Source: Eukaryota sp. GEM-RC1 (lineage: Eukaryota). From it: a stretch of DNA of 64,000 bases. The notes below the pieces were generated by a model, which searched no databases, was not told the origin of the DNA, and saw only the letters and a program-made list of their open reading frames with translations. The position numbers and the translations under genes are program-made. Shown in pieces: positions 35,648 to 48,474 of this stretch. The number at the start of each line of letters is the position of its first letter. Positions within the stretch are counted from its first letter, which is position 1. The stretch spans positions 1,674,001 to 1,738,000 of the forward strand of contig JAUFOQ010000017.1 of assembly GCA_040285855.1 (NCBI GenBank). The letters are read 5' to 3'.

Positions 35648-37612
35648 ATGACTACTTTCGTTGCCGTGAACCCCATGTACCCCGGTATCAGCTATCCGCC
35701 TCCTCCTCCTGAATATCAATCTCAGAAGAAGACGAAACTCCTTGTAGCTGGTGCTATTGCTTTAGCCCTCGTTGTTGTGCTGATTGTGGTTGTAATAGTA
35801 GTTCAACGTGGTAGAACAGATGTTTTCCAGAAGACTTCTTTCAAAATGACTGCTACAGAAGATGATGACGATGGATCTTCTACTATGACCATAATTGCCA
35901 ATTTTGACTCCAATGTCTGGATGCTCGATGTTGAAATTACTGAAGATGTTTTATCCTTTAGAATGGCATTCTTCTCCGATGGATCAAATTTTTACATTGT
36001 CAATGATGTATGCGCCCCTAAAGACCCAGAGATCCTTGAAGAAATTGGCTTTGAGTCTGTTAACAAAATGAAGGTTGATCCTGATGTTCATGAGAAAGTT
36101 GGTCAACTTGATTACCAAGATAGTAAGTGTGACCTCTACAATGTTGATCCTGCTGAGGACCTCTACGTTTGCTTGTATGATGGTTTCATTGCTATTGTAT
36201 GTGATGGTGGACTGGATTTGACAGAAAACTGCCAAGTATTTACCGATCACGAAGAACTGTCTTCTAGTGATGCCAGATTAACACTAGAACACCACTGTTC
36301 TTCAATCCAAAAGACTGCATTCAGTGCCGATTACTATGTTGCAGAAGAACTTATCTCGGCCAGTCACGTTGATATTATGAACCCTAAAATGGCAATGTAT
36401 TTAGAAGACAACCGTGTTCTCTTAACGCAAGATCATACTTATGAATTTGACTCTGAACACTGTAACGTTGGTAATCCTGACGAAGATTTAATGGTAGATC
36501 TACAATTTATGAAGATCAATTTCTTCACCAATAACACCCATGAAACTAAGGAAGTTCTAGGTCAGACTTGTACAATCTTCAGGACTGACTTCCTAGGCTG
36601 GTTCATTGTTCATCTGTGCATCCACGACGGGTTCCTTTTCGAACAATGTTGGGAAGGATATGAGTGTATACAGTTTACCAATCATCAAGAAATATCTGCT
36701 GATGATCCTGCATTTACTCCACCAGAACACTGCGAGATTCCTTAGCCTATTGACCAAGAACTTGTGTTCTCTGCTGACTCTCAAACTGATGACGGAACTA
36801 TTGAGAATGCTTTTTACAAACTTGAACATGGAATTTTGTATTATGAACATGCTGGTATCAAGAACTTCTTTGAAGACGGGTCTCATTACTCTGTTGAAGA
36901 TGCTACGTGTTCCAGTCAAGCTGATTGGGAAACTGACAACAGGGTTATGGGTATGATTGTTGACGATGATCACACGATCCTTGGCTCTGAAACAGTCAAT
37001 GGAGTTGAATGTACTAATTATGAATACCACACTTGGTTTGATACGTTGGAAACTTGTCTGTCTGAAGATGGGTTCATACTTAGACATTGTATTGACACCC
37101 AGTGCACCACCTTTTCAAAACACGAGGAAGTTAGTTCCAGTCATTCAAACTTCCAACTTCCTGAAGAATGTTCTTCTGAAGGTGTTTATCAAGAACTTTA
37201 CTTTGCTGCTACTTTGGAAAGAGAAGGGCAAACCTCCGTTGCTCATTTCAACCTTTATTCATCCCTTTTTAGGTGGGAAGAAGCTGGTGAAGAGAAATTG
37301 TTATCAGGAGGTTCTGTGTACTCCTTTGATGAATCCACTTGTGATAGTTATACTGACTGGGATGTGGAGGATTTCATCGACTATTTGGTGATTCCTTCCA
37401 GTGGTTTCCAATTTGTAGATGATGACGTGATTGGAGGAGTTTCGTGTAAACGTTATTCCTATACAGTGTTCTGGGGTGCTGATGTCACCAACTGTATCAC
37501 AGATGACGGTTTTGTTGTGGAATTATGTGAGAATTTGGAATGTTCGTATCTCACAAACCACTCAGTTATCGCTGCTGATGATCCTAAATTCGAACTTCCT
37601 GATCATTGTTAG
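35648..37612 (+). CDS. Type II membrane protein with four Cys-containing ~140-160-aa repeats (ependymin-like); internal stop codon
   Basis: N-terminal TM helix. Repeats end in (F/L)..P/E.HC. In-frame TAG at 36743-45 where the paralog reads GAG (CEIPEP). Confidence 0.7.
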
Positions 37613-38524
37613 ATTTGTTTATAGATGATGTAATAAATTTTTTGTGTTTACTTAAGAGGCAACCTAAATATAATCTGAAACACTTCAGCAATCATAAGTG
37701 ATTCACCACACTTTCCCACAGCAAAATACAAAGTAGAATCTCATCTCCGAATATAGTTGATGTGTAGAACAACCAAAAGACAGTGATAATTAAGAAGAGA
37801 AGATATATAACAAAGAGAATTCTACAAATACATCTACAACAAATCAAACATTCCAACGTCAAACCACATAAAGAACATGGTTTTCACTTCAAAATTGAAT
37901 TACCGATCCAAAAAAATGACTTTTGAGATCTTAAAGAGGGGGTCTCAATACACTGTGGCTTAAATAGAGTCAATTCTTTGCTTTTTAATGTGAATCAATG
38001 TAGAGACTGTCTAAGTTGACAACTTACCACACAACCTTGGCTAAAAACACAAAAGTGAAACACGATAATTATAACTGGCCAATATTTACAGTCAACTTCC
38101 AGGAAATACAATCATTGACATCTATTATGCTTGGTTTGTTCTTGTAGATAACCTGATGATTACTGGGATTGTTGTTCAGAGCTGGTCTAGGTGCATTTCC
38201 CAACTATGATCGTATTCAAGATGTGTCAAATTCAAACGTTCGTCCTTTACAGTAATCCAAAGCCTTCCAGCACACGCGTGTTGGACGGCTTTCACTTTAT
38301 TGTTGTCAAAGACACGTGTTGACAAGCGTGTTAACAACAATTCTCACTTTTCTATCTTTCTTGTAATAAAGTTAGCTTAGTCAAGCATCATTACACAGAA
38401 ATCTTGTTAAAAATTTATTTTTCACAAATATCAGCTGGGAAACAAGTTTGCCAAAGGTTAGGTCAAACTAACGACAATTCTGATCTCAAATTTTTCAAGA
38501 AACAAGAAGATTTTTTTTCACACA

Positions 38525-39185
38525 TTTATTTATGGAAAAAAAAACACTAAGATAAACAAAAATACTAGAACTCAATATCATTAAAGCAACAATCATTGCC
38601 ATTAAAACTCACATCAGCTTTTTTCTTCATAAAAAACACTGAGAGCTAATAGAGCTTTTGAAATCATGATAGGAATTGTGTTAAATATTGTAAAAACAAT
38701 ATGATTCAATCAAAACTTGAAATCAAATTTCTTGTTCATTTTTTTTGACAACTTTCTCAAAATCAGAGAGAAAACAAAGAGCATCTCTAACAAGACGACC
38801 ATAAATTGAAATTGCACAAAAGGACATAAATTGTACTCAACATGTCTAATATGTTTGAGAGCAGTCAATGGTTCATCATTTTTTTTTCTCTTGTATTGTT
38901 CTGAAGAATTCAGTGGAGAAATTTCATTTCTAGCATCCTTGAAACAAGAAGATTGTCTTGACTTGGACATCGTCTACAAAATTCAAAGACAACATTCTTA
39001 CCACCACCAATGAAAGCAGATTTTGTCCACCATTTAGATGAAGTGAAACCAACACCACCAAGATGAGCATCTGAGAAGGTGTGATTGTTCATTACTGCAG
39101 GATCCACTGAAAACAAAAATGCATGAAATTTGGTACGAATTGAATTAAAGATGCTACAGAAGTTATAGGTAAGTACAGGGGTACA
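38525..39185 (-). mobile_element. Internally deleted RLE retrotransposon remnant
   Basis: HLGGVGFT..SAFIGG (RT C-terminal region) is joined directly to NEISPLNSSEQYKRKK..LCPF..KFDFKF. Confidence 0.7.
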
Positions 39186-39563
39186 TTCTTCTTAGTACAA
39201 TTCTGCATTCAGGTCAACAATTTCTTTTACTGGTGTCTTCTTTTTCTAGTATTCTCTTTTGAATGTCAAATTGTTGATGCTGAGTGACTTTTCTTTAAGT
39301 CATATTCTTGATGCTAAGAACAATCAAACAACCCTGTTCACGATCAATGCAGAATATCATATCCAACACTCATTTCATATTTAATCTGGGCAGCAATCAA
39401 GCTCGAATCATGACATAAGGGGTCTCTCCTTCAGAATACATGTTACATTCATATTTGAAAGTTCTCTATAGAAGTAAATATGGTAAGGCATCAAACGGTA
39501 CGTAGGTGGTTGTGAAATACTCATTTAAAAGATGAGTTCTTTTGATATTTATCCGAAAATTAA

Positions 39564-42057
39564 TCAATTGATAGTACAATGATCCGGCACTGTAAATTTA
39601 GGATCATTTGCAGAAATAACTGAATGACTTGTGAGATACGAACATTCGATCTCCCCACTAGCTGAATTATCCAAGCAATATTCTAGAACAAAACCATCAT
39701 CAGATATGCAGTTGGTGATGTCATTTTCGTCATCATTTCTATAAGTATACCGTTTACATGAAACTCCTCCAATGACATCATCATCCACAAACTGGAAGTC
39801 TACAACTGGAACTCTCAAGTAGACAACAAAACTAAAAAGATCAAAAGCTGAATCTATAATGCAGATTGTCGGGTAATACTGGATTACTGCGCGGTCTTTC
39901 ACTAGTTCTTGTCTTTCGCCAACTTGTGTCCACATAAGAGATGAATCGAGGTTGAAACGAACATCAGTATAAGTTTCTCCTTCCCTTTCCAAAGTAGCAG
40001 CAAAGTAAAGTTCTTGATGGACAGGCTCAGGAATCCCGCAGTGTTCTGGTGGGGTAAATGCAGGATCATCAGCAGAAATTTCTTGATGATTGATAAACTG
40101 GACACACTCATATTCTTCCCAACATTGTTCGAAAAGGAATCCATCGTGGATGCACAGATCAACAGTGAAGTCTTCTAAATAGTCAGTCCTGAAGATTGTA
40201 CAAGTCTGACCTAGAACTTCCTTAGTTTCGTGGGTGTTTGTTGTGAAGACGGTGATCTTCATAAGTTGTATATCTAACAACCATTCGTCATCAAAGTCAT
40301 CAATATCACAGTGTTCAGAATCAAATACATAAGTATGATCTTCTAAATAAATAACGGAACTACTACCAGTATCCATAGCCATTTTAGGGTTCAAGATATC
40401 AACATGACTGCTGGATATTGGATCTTCATCAACATAGAAGTTAGCACTGAATGCAGTCTTTTGGATTGAAGAACAGTGGTGTTCAAGAGTGAATCTAGCA
40501 TCACTGGAAGAAAGTTCTTCGTGATCAGAAAATATTTGGCAGTTTTCAGTCAAATCCAGTCCACCATCACAGGCAATGGCAATGAAACCATCGTACAAGC
40601 AAACGTAGAGGTCTTCAGCAGGATCAACACTGTAGAGGTCACACTTACTATCTTGGTAATCAAGTTGACCAACTTTTTCATGAACATCAGGATCAACCTT
40701 CATTTTGTTAACAGACTCAAAGCCAATTTCTTCAAGGATCTCTGGGTCTTCAGGGGCACATACATCATTGACAATGTAAAAATTTGATCCATCGGAGACG
40801 AACGCCATTCTAAAGGAGGAATCATCTTCAGTAATTTCAACATCGAGCATCCAAACATTAGAGTCAAAATTGGCAATTATGGTCATAGTAGAAGACCCAT
40901 CGTCATCATCTTCTGTAGCAGTCATTTTGAAAGAAGTCTTCTGGAATGAAGGAGGCTCAGGAATCTCACAGTCTTCTGGTGGGGTAAACACAGGATCATC
41001 AGTAGAAACTTCTTGATGATTGGTAAACTGAATACACTCATCGGGCATACATAGTTCAATAATGAACCCATCATGGATGCACAGATCAACAGCAAGCAAC
41101 GAAAAATTAGACCTGAAGATTGTGCAAGTCTGACCTAGAACTTCCTTGGTTTCGTGGGTGTTGATTGTCAAAAAGTGAATCTTCATATGTTGGAGGTTTG
41201 ATATTAATTCTTCGTTAGTATCTCCAATACTACAGTGTTCAGAGTCAAATTGATAAGTATGATCTTGCGTTAAGAGAACATGGTTGTCTTCTAAATACAT
41301 TGCCATTTTAGGGTTCATAATATCAACGTGACTGGCCGAGATAAGTTCTTCCGCAACATAGTAATCGGCACTGAATGCAGTCTTTTGGATTGAAGAACAG
41401 TGGTGTTCTAGAGTGAATCTAGCATCACTGGAAGGAAGTTCTTCGTGATCGGTAAATATTTGGCAGTTTTCAGTCAGATTCAATCCACCATCACAGGCAA
41501 AGGCAATGAAGCCATTATACAAGCAAACGTAGAGGTGTTTAGCAGGATCAACATTGTAGAGGTCGCACTTACTACCTTGGTAATCCAGTTGGTCAACTTT
41601 CTCATGAACATCAGGGTTTACCTTCATTTTGCTTACAGACTCAAAGCCAATTTCTTCAAGGAACTCTGGATCTTCAGGGGCACATACATCATTGACAATG
41701 TAGAGAATTGATCCATCGAAGAATAATCCTCCTTGATGGACACTGAGCAGCCAAACACTCTCCGAAAAAAAAAGATCCGCAACTATGGTCATAGTAGAAG
41801 AACCATCGTCATTTTCCTCCACGGACTTCATCTTGAAAGACATTTTCTGGAAAACATCTCCTTCTCTATCATCATCTTTTCTCCTTAGGACGTTGACTAA
41901 CAACTATTACAATCAAGACCAGTAGAACTGCAATAGTTAAAGCAATCGCCCCAGCAACGATAAGTTTGATCTTCTTTGGTTTGTGGTATTCAGGACGAGC
42001 ATCAGGAAGGGGATAGCTGATCCCTGAATGCATTGGATTGGCGACGAATGTAGACAT
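39564..42057 (-). CDS. Paralogous type II membrane protein with five Cys-containing repeats
   Basis: MSTFVANPMHSGISYP...TM at 42057 joins ORF 39564..41903 via an A-run shift near 41880. Long near-identical blocks shared with 35648-37612 and an internal ~300-aa duplication. Confidence 0.75.
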
Positions 42058-42249
42058 GATGAAATCGTGAAGGCAAGTACAATAGATGAGTTTGAGTGCA
42101 AAAATCATAGTGTTATTCAAATGACTTCGTTTGACTGACAGCTGTGTCCAACACCATTTACAAAGTCTATTGCTTTAGAACTCCCGTTTCTGTCTCCTTG
42201 ACTCAGGAATTGAACATTTGTATTCATCAAGTTTTTGTTAAATTGTACT

Positions 42250-42366
42250 ACTGTGAATTTCATTCCAAATGCATAAGGGCATAACCCTTCACATTTTCAT
42301 GAGATAAACCACAGTTGACAAAGTCCTCATTCGCAAAGTCTTTTAAGACGAGCTAACTTCATAGAT
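42250..42366 (-). ncRNA. Candidate omegaRNA scaffold of the large Fanzor
   Basis: Non-coding, directly 3' of the stop. GUCU-uaaa-AGAC hairpin and a long stem AAAUGUGAAGGG-uuaug-CCCUUAUGCAUUU (42267-42296). Confidence 0.45.
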
Positions 42367-45260
42367 TCAAGATTCCTGATCTTTCTGGTTTACGTTTACG
42401 TGTGAGTCCTTGGGTACATATTTCTTAGGCTTATTTGGACAAGTTGCTCTGTTATGCCCAGGTTGAAAACATATACCACACTTGTTAGGACCTCTGACTT
42501 TTGTTAGAGGACACTTTGCCTTACCCTTACCCTTACTCACAGTCTTTTTCTTAGGAATCTGATCTGTATTCCCGCCATCCACGACAGGTGTTGTTTGAGA
42601 TTTTGGTCTCTCGAGGATGGCAGGTCTACCTTGACCTTGAATTGTTCCATTTACAATAATGTAAATATTGATAGCAGAATTGAAATCTCTATTCCAGAGG
42701 ACATGACATTTAGCACATTCAACTAAGCCCCATGGTGAGACTTTGTTGTTCTTCAATCTTTCTTTCGAAAATGTCAACTGGTCTGTCCATTCTTCATCAA
42801 AGTTACGCTCCACAATATTGTCTAATTGATTGTGTTCAATAATTTCCTTTTTTAATTCTTTTCTCTTCCTTCTGTAACTTCTTCTTCCAATTAGGATCAG
42901 TGACTTTGATCCTTTCAGGATTGGAACAGATACCTTCGTCATTTCTGGAAACACATGCAGAGCAACATTTGCTGGTCTTAAATTCATCAACTAGGAACAC
43001 TTTAAATCCAAATTTTCTCAATAATTTCCGAATTGAAGCACCTTTTACAGTCGATGCTTTACGTCTTCTTCGACGAAAAGCAGTGTCGTTCCAGTCTCCA
43101 TACCCAACAACGACTTCATCTGGGTTTCCAAACTGGAGAGTAAATCTGTGAAGCATGTTTTTCTCACTTCGTTCCTTTCTTGAATACTGTGTTAAGCGTC
43201 TACGTCTAAACCACTTTTCTTCGTAAATTCCTTCAGTATTTCTTTGATCAGTAGTGGGTGATCGTAATAAAGAACAGGTAATTTCTTTACCAAGAACAAA
43301 AGCAGAATACTGAGTCAATTCACAAGATTTACTACCTGGCGAGTTAGAGCCCCATTGATCTAAAATTTGTTGCCCATTTATGTCAATGCGTCTGCCATCT
43401 GGAATGTGAATAAATTGGGTAGAGTATTGTTGTAACCGTTCAGATTCAGATAAACGGTGGAGATTATATCGTCTTATTTTCTTCTCCAGCTTCCTCTTCT
43501 TTCTCTTAGCTCTTTTTCTTTCCTTCCTTGTTTTTTTCTTTTCCATGGAGACTTTTTAATATCGGCATTGCGCTCCCCAGCAGTGTATCTGAATACTTTC
43601 CAATCATCACGATTTTTCAACTTGACAGTTGATGGTTTGTCAATAGTAGGTGCGTCTTTCCAATCCTTCAATTCCTTTTTTAATTTTTTCAAGCTTCCTT
43701 TTTTCTTTGATGATTTTGGAGAAATCTTTCTTCTTCTGATTTTGGCTGATGTATCGAAACCTTCGATTTCCTTTTCCTCCTTAGATTTTAAAGAAGCACA
43801 ATACATCAAATCATGCTGATTAGGATCAATAGCAACAATTCTTTTGGATTTCAAATTTAAGTTTTGAATTTCTGTGGAACTCAAAGAATCAATGTACCTT
43901 TCAGTAGCTGTGTAGTCAACTGCTTTCACCTTCTTATGAGGATTTCCTCTCCCATCAAGCAGATCTTTCCGCATCATCATTAAATTACAGCTAACTCCAT
44001 CTGTAGAAATAGAACTGTTTTTGAAGTCATGAGACAATGACTTTGGAAGACACTTTGGTTTCAAAACTGAGTGCCAAATATCTTTTCGAACGTCATCAAA
44101 GCTACCTTTCATTTCTGATGCATAAACTTCTTTAAACCATGTAGTATCCAATCTGATATGATTAGGAATCAGTGATTTTGTTAGAGGAAAAGGATTATTG
44201 GCAGTAACACCAGGACAAGAGTCCTCAACAAGACGTTTCAAATACACTGCATGACTTAAGAATTTCAAAGGATCTACTTTTTCAGCATAATAGATTGTTT
44301 TCTCCATTTTACCTTCAAAAAAAGTAAACAAATAGTTAAAAAATAGTAAACTCAGTCTAGAATTGGGATCAGGAAACACTTCAACATCTTGAAAATTAAT
44401 TTTTGAAATTTCCCCATTAATGATCAACTGTCTGACTTCATTAAGCTTTGTACACAACTCTTGTCGTAGATTCTTATCAGTAAGCTTGTTAAGTCTATCT
44501 TTTTCAGGGTAACCAAATTAAATACTTGAAAAACATATTCATGAAAGTGATCACTCATGTTAGTCTTGTAATTCGTTATAATTTCAGTAGCCATGTAATG
44601 CAATATACGAGATAAACGATGACTACTGGGAAACACAATCCTATCAAGTCCAACAGATCGAGCAGCTATTTCTAAACGAGGAATATAATACATCAAGAAG
44701 TGTTGAGCAAACTGATTTTGAGTTGAGCCATCATTTGTGTTAGAAATTATGTTTTCTAAAGATTCTTGCACAGTCTCAATATGATTCTGATTGTTTACAA
44801 GTTTGTTGTCCCTAATCGTCATCATAGACAACACTTGTTCCATTGATTTCAACGTAAAAAAATTCTTCCAGTCTGGCAATTCAATTTTGGCAGTTTGAAT
44901 TTTAGTCCAAAGGTCAGGTTCAGGTTTAGGTTCATCACTCGCATCTTCAATATTTTCTAATTTAATAGGAGGAGTAGCAGCATGGATAGACTCTGAATGT
45001 ACATCTGTTTCTTCATCAGTTGACTCATCTGTATCAGAATTCATTTCTTCCTTAACAGTTACATTTGGAACAGTAGCAGGCAGTAACTTCTGAATGTAAC
45101 CTATAATACCTGAATGGTGAAAATTATGAACAAAAAATGTTTCAAAAAGAGAGTACTACGGACTCTTACTTGGTGAGCTCTCTTAACACGAGATTCAATA
45201 AATTTAACCTTCGCTTTGGACACAACATTGTCTAGTCGTTTCTTAACCACTTTCATTGGT
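42367..45260 (-). CDS. Fz1: Large Fanzor1 nuclease region of the polyprotein
   Basis: KVVKKRLDNVV..RVKRAHQV..STLFLK N-terminus, PNHIRLDT, ISTDGVSC, RuvC-I IVAIDPNQHDL, FRYT, FGNP..VVGYGDW, RuvC-II LVDEFKTSKCCSAC, CAKC..RuvC-III WNRDFNSAINI, GRP; then CGICFQPGHNRATC. Confidence 0.9.
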
Positions 45261-48200
45261 GACTTTGAACGTAATGTTTGTTTTTTGGGATCCAATAGGT
45301 CAGCCAACAAGTACTCAATCAGAGGTAATTGTTGAATTGAGTTCATCAACAATAGCGGTCTTGTCGATTCCTTGGCCCAAAGTTCATTTACTTTCTCCAA
45401 ATTTCTTACAAATTTCTTTTTAATCTTATCGACCTTCACTTTGGGATTGTCTGGAACTAAAACATTAATACTGTCAATTATGCCATGCAAGTTTTGGACA
45501 TTATTGACCAATTGAACTTCATCAGGATCAGAGTCATGATTAAGTTCTTCCAAGCGTTTGACAGTTTCATTTTTAGAAAAATTATTCATTTCAAGAAAAA
45601 TTTGAACAACATTTTCCAAAAAACGGCCACCAGTAAAGACATAAAAATTCTTCAGTACAGCATTCAAATCGAGACTAAAAAACGGACCAAAAGTTGTTTC
45701 CTTACACCATTTGTTGAACCAAAAGGGAATGTAGGGTTTAAATTCTGGAAAAGTAAACGTTGTATTGATTTTGAGGACTTGACAACGTGATACAAGAAAG
45801 GGAAATGTATCTAAGTGAAAGTCATAACTCACAAACAATCGTGGACAATGTTGAGTAATGAAGGAAATGAAGTTTTTAAGCATACTGGATTCACTATCTG
45901 AAATATGTAAGGTACACAAATCCAAGTTTGTAGTATCAAAGTTGCCATGAGAAAATAAATGTTTTTCATTAAACTCATTGTGATCAATGATCTCGATGGA
46001 AATTGATACAATAGGATCAACAGAAGAATCACGTTTAACTTCTAATTGATCTTCAGCTTCACCTTCAACAGTTTCAATGTCATCATCATCTTCTTGAACA
46101 AGTTGAACATTTCTGCCATTAATTCTTTCTTTTTGGCAAAATCACTTTGAACATGAATTAAACAAAAAGTTGGTAGATTGTTCCAAAGTAGAGGGGATTT
46201 AAGAAAGTCTTGAATTTGTATTTCTTCTTCTATAGGCTCAGTGTGTAGATTTACTTCCATTTTTTGGATTTCTTCTTGAATTGGCGATGGATACGACATA
46301 ATGGAGGCCTTAATTTTGGGTGGTAGTTCAGATGGTGGTACTTCAGATGATTCCAATGTGGACATACGGCGGTGAGTCTTTCGTATTGGAGTGTCACCAG
46401 TTGAAACAAGGGAGCTGGTAGTTCTAAATTTATTTCGTTGAATTAAAGGTGAACCTCGTGGTGATGGAATATCAGAAATTTTGGCCTTTCTTTTTTTAGT
46501 GCTTAAACCAGTAGATGCTTTAGTGCTAGCAAGACGCTTACCTGAGATTGGTGACGCAGAAACACGCGACAACTCAACAGGACTAAAAGTTTCAAAATGT
46601 TCCAAAATTTTACTTCGAGACTCGTGAACAGCAATAGTGGTATTACCCAGCAGTTCTTTAACATCAGTCCACCTTATGACCACAGATTGATCTAAATTCA
46701 TTAAAAGATCAATGTATTCGAGAACACAAAAACCAGAGTCAGTTAGAGTATGTTTGATATTTGATGGAATAAATTCTATATTTCTGGTTTCACACATTGA
46801 CAACACTGAATAAATTTTTGACACAATTGTAAATAAATTGGAGGAAGATGGTGCAACTGGCATTTGGTTAGCAGGAAATTCTCTGGCATAATCATCCTCA
46901 ACGTAGGTCGGATCAATGAATAAAATATGACTTGTAGGAGATGAAATGATCAGAATAATTAAACCCCAATGACGACCATCAGCAGTAAGATCACACATTG
47001 CACTATTGACAGGAACAAGTAGCATTTGTTGGTTGTTTTGACCACATTGGAAGAATTTCTGCGTCAAAAAATCTGAAAATGGATATTTATTATAGGGTTG
47101 GTCACCATATAATAACGGATATAAATCAGTTGGCCCAATTACATAGTCATAAAAGATTAAACCTGTTGATTCCACAAGTATTTTGGAATATTTGATGAAC
47201 AATTGATCGTCAACATAAGTAAACAATTTTTGAATCTGTTTACGGAGATCTGCAGCATTAAGTTCAATGTTAACTTGGATTAAAGCACGTTCAATAGAGA
47301 TCAAAGATAGATTGATGCCATCCCTTGAAATGAGTTCAACAAATTTTTGAATATAACCAATAACATAAATACCACAGTCATTAGGAGTCTGTGTCTTGGT
47401 GATGTTGACCCTCTGTACGTTCAATGTTACTTTCCTACATAATTCATCTACAACAGAACTTAGATAAGAAGAACCGACAATTGGATCCACAAATATCGCG
47501 TTGTTTTCCGCACAGTCTATTACCATTAGACCCCAATGAACTCCTCCAGATCCACCTGTTGTATTCATAGCATCGTTGAGAGGAACAGCGAAGTATCTGG
47601 TGCTTCTCTCCCGGGCGTCATCAATCTTATTTTGGCAGTATCCATCAGTTAAAAAATCTGACCACATCTCATCTGGAGCAATGAAATAGCATTCCCAATC
47701 AAGGTTTGCTTCTTTGAATTGGTGTTTTGAGTATTCAGAAAGGGCGTAATCATCTATCCATTGGCCAGGATTCAGATACTCTAGGGAGTCTTTGGACAAC
47801 GGTCCGGGATTGGATTCCACGTCACCATCCATGGTGAGATCTTCTTTGAATGGGGGACGGGAGGAGAAAACTGTACAAGAGAGGTCTAAAACACTTCGCG
47901 AGGAAGAACCACACACGGCATAGCTCTTGTTTTTAAGTATGTGTGTGTAGTTCATTGGAGGGGAATTGACACGGAGGGGAGAAACTGTACCATCAGCGAG
48001 AGAAGAACCACACACGGCATAGCTCTTGTTTTTAAGTATGTGTGTGTAGTTCATTGGAGGGGAATTGACACGGAGGTGAGAAACTGTACCATCAGCGAGA
48101 GAAGAACCACACACGGCATAGCTCTTGTTTTTAAGTATGTGTGTGTAGTTCATTGGAGGGGAATTGACACGGAGGTGAGAAACTGTACCATCAGCGAGAG

Positions 48201-48450
48201 AAGAACCACACACGGCATAGCTCTTGTTTTTAAGTATGTGTGTGTAGTTCATTGGAGGGGAATTGACACGGAGGGGAGAAACTGTACCATCAGCGAGAGA
48301 AGAACCACACAGGGCATAGCTCTTGTTTTTAAGTATGTGTGTGTAGTTCATTGGAGGGGAATTGACACGGAGGTGAGAAACTGTACCATCAGCGAGAGAA
48401 GAACCACACACGGCATAGCTCTTGTTTTTAAGTATGTGTGTGTAGTTCAT
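42367..48450 (-). CDS. Polyprotein (~2000 aa, reconstructed): repeat leader, 2A, Ulp1/SENP8-like protease x2, linker, Fanzor1, CCHC zinc knuckle
   Basis: Six ORFs chain through homopolymer shifts near 46130, 45135, 44500, 43550 and 42850. Bridging frames are stop-free (KERINGRNVQLVQEDDDD...; FVHNFHHSGIIG...; KDRLNKLTDKNLRQELCTK). Confidence 0.8.
46690..47797 (-). other. Tandem Ulp1/SENP8-like (C48) cysteine-protease domains
   Basis: Domain 1: LNPGQWIDD, VPLND..GGVHWGLMV, FVDP, QTPNDCGIYV. Domain 2: VPVN..GRHWGLII, FIDP, TDSGFCV. Confidence 0.85.
47800..47844 (-). other. 2A ribosomal-skipping (StopGo) peptide EDLTMDGDVESNPG/P
   Basis: Exact D(V/I)ExNPGP consensus, in frame, immediately before the protease domain. 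Confidence 0.9.
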
Positions 48451-48474
48451 TGGAGGGGAATTGACACGGAGGGG
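47903..48474. repeat. 99-bp tandem repeat, ~5.8 copies, coding (33-aa unit)
   Basis: MNYTHILKNKSYAVCGSSLADGTVS(H/P)LRVNSPP repeated with only single-base variants. Confidence 0.95.

Noticed and set aside
47903..48474. 99-bp and 117-bp arrays as CRISPR-like or guide arrays next to a Cas12-related nuclease
   Set aside because: Units are head-to-tail and near-identical with no variable spacers, and they lie in frame within ORFs.
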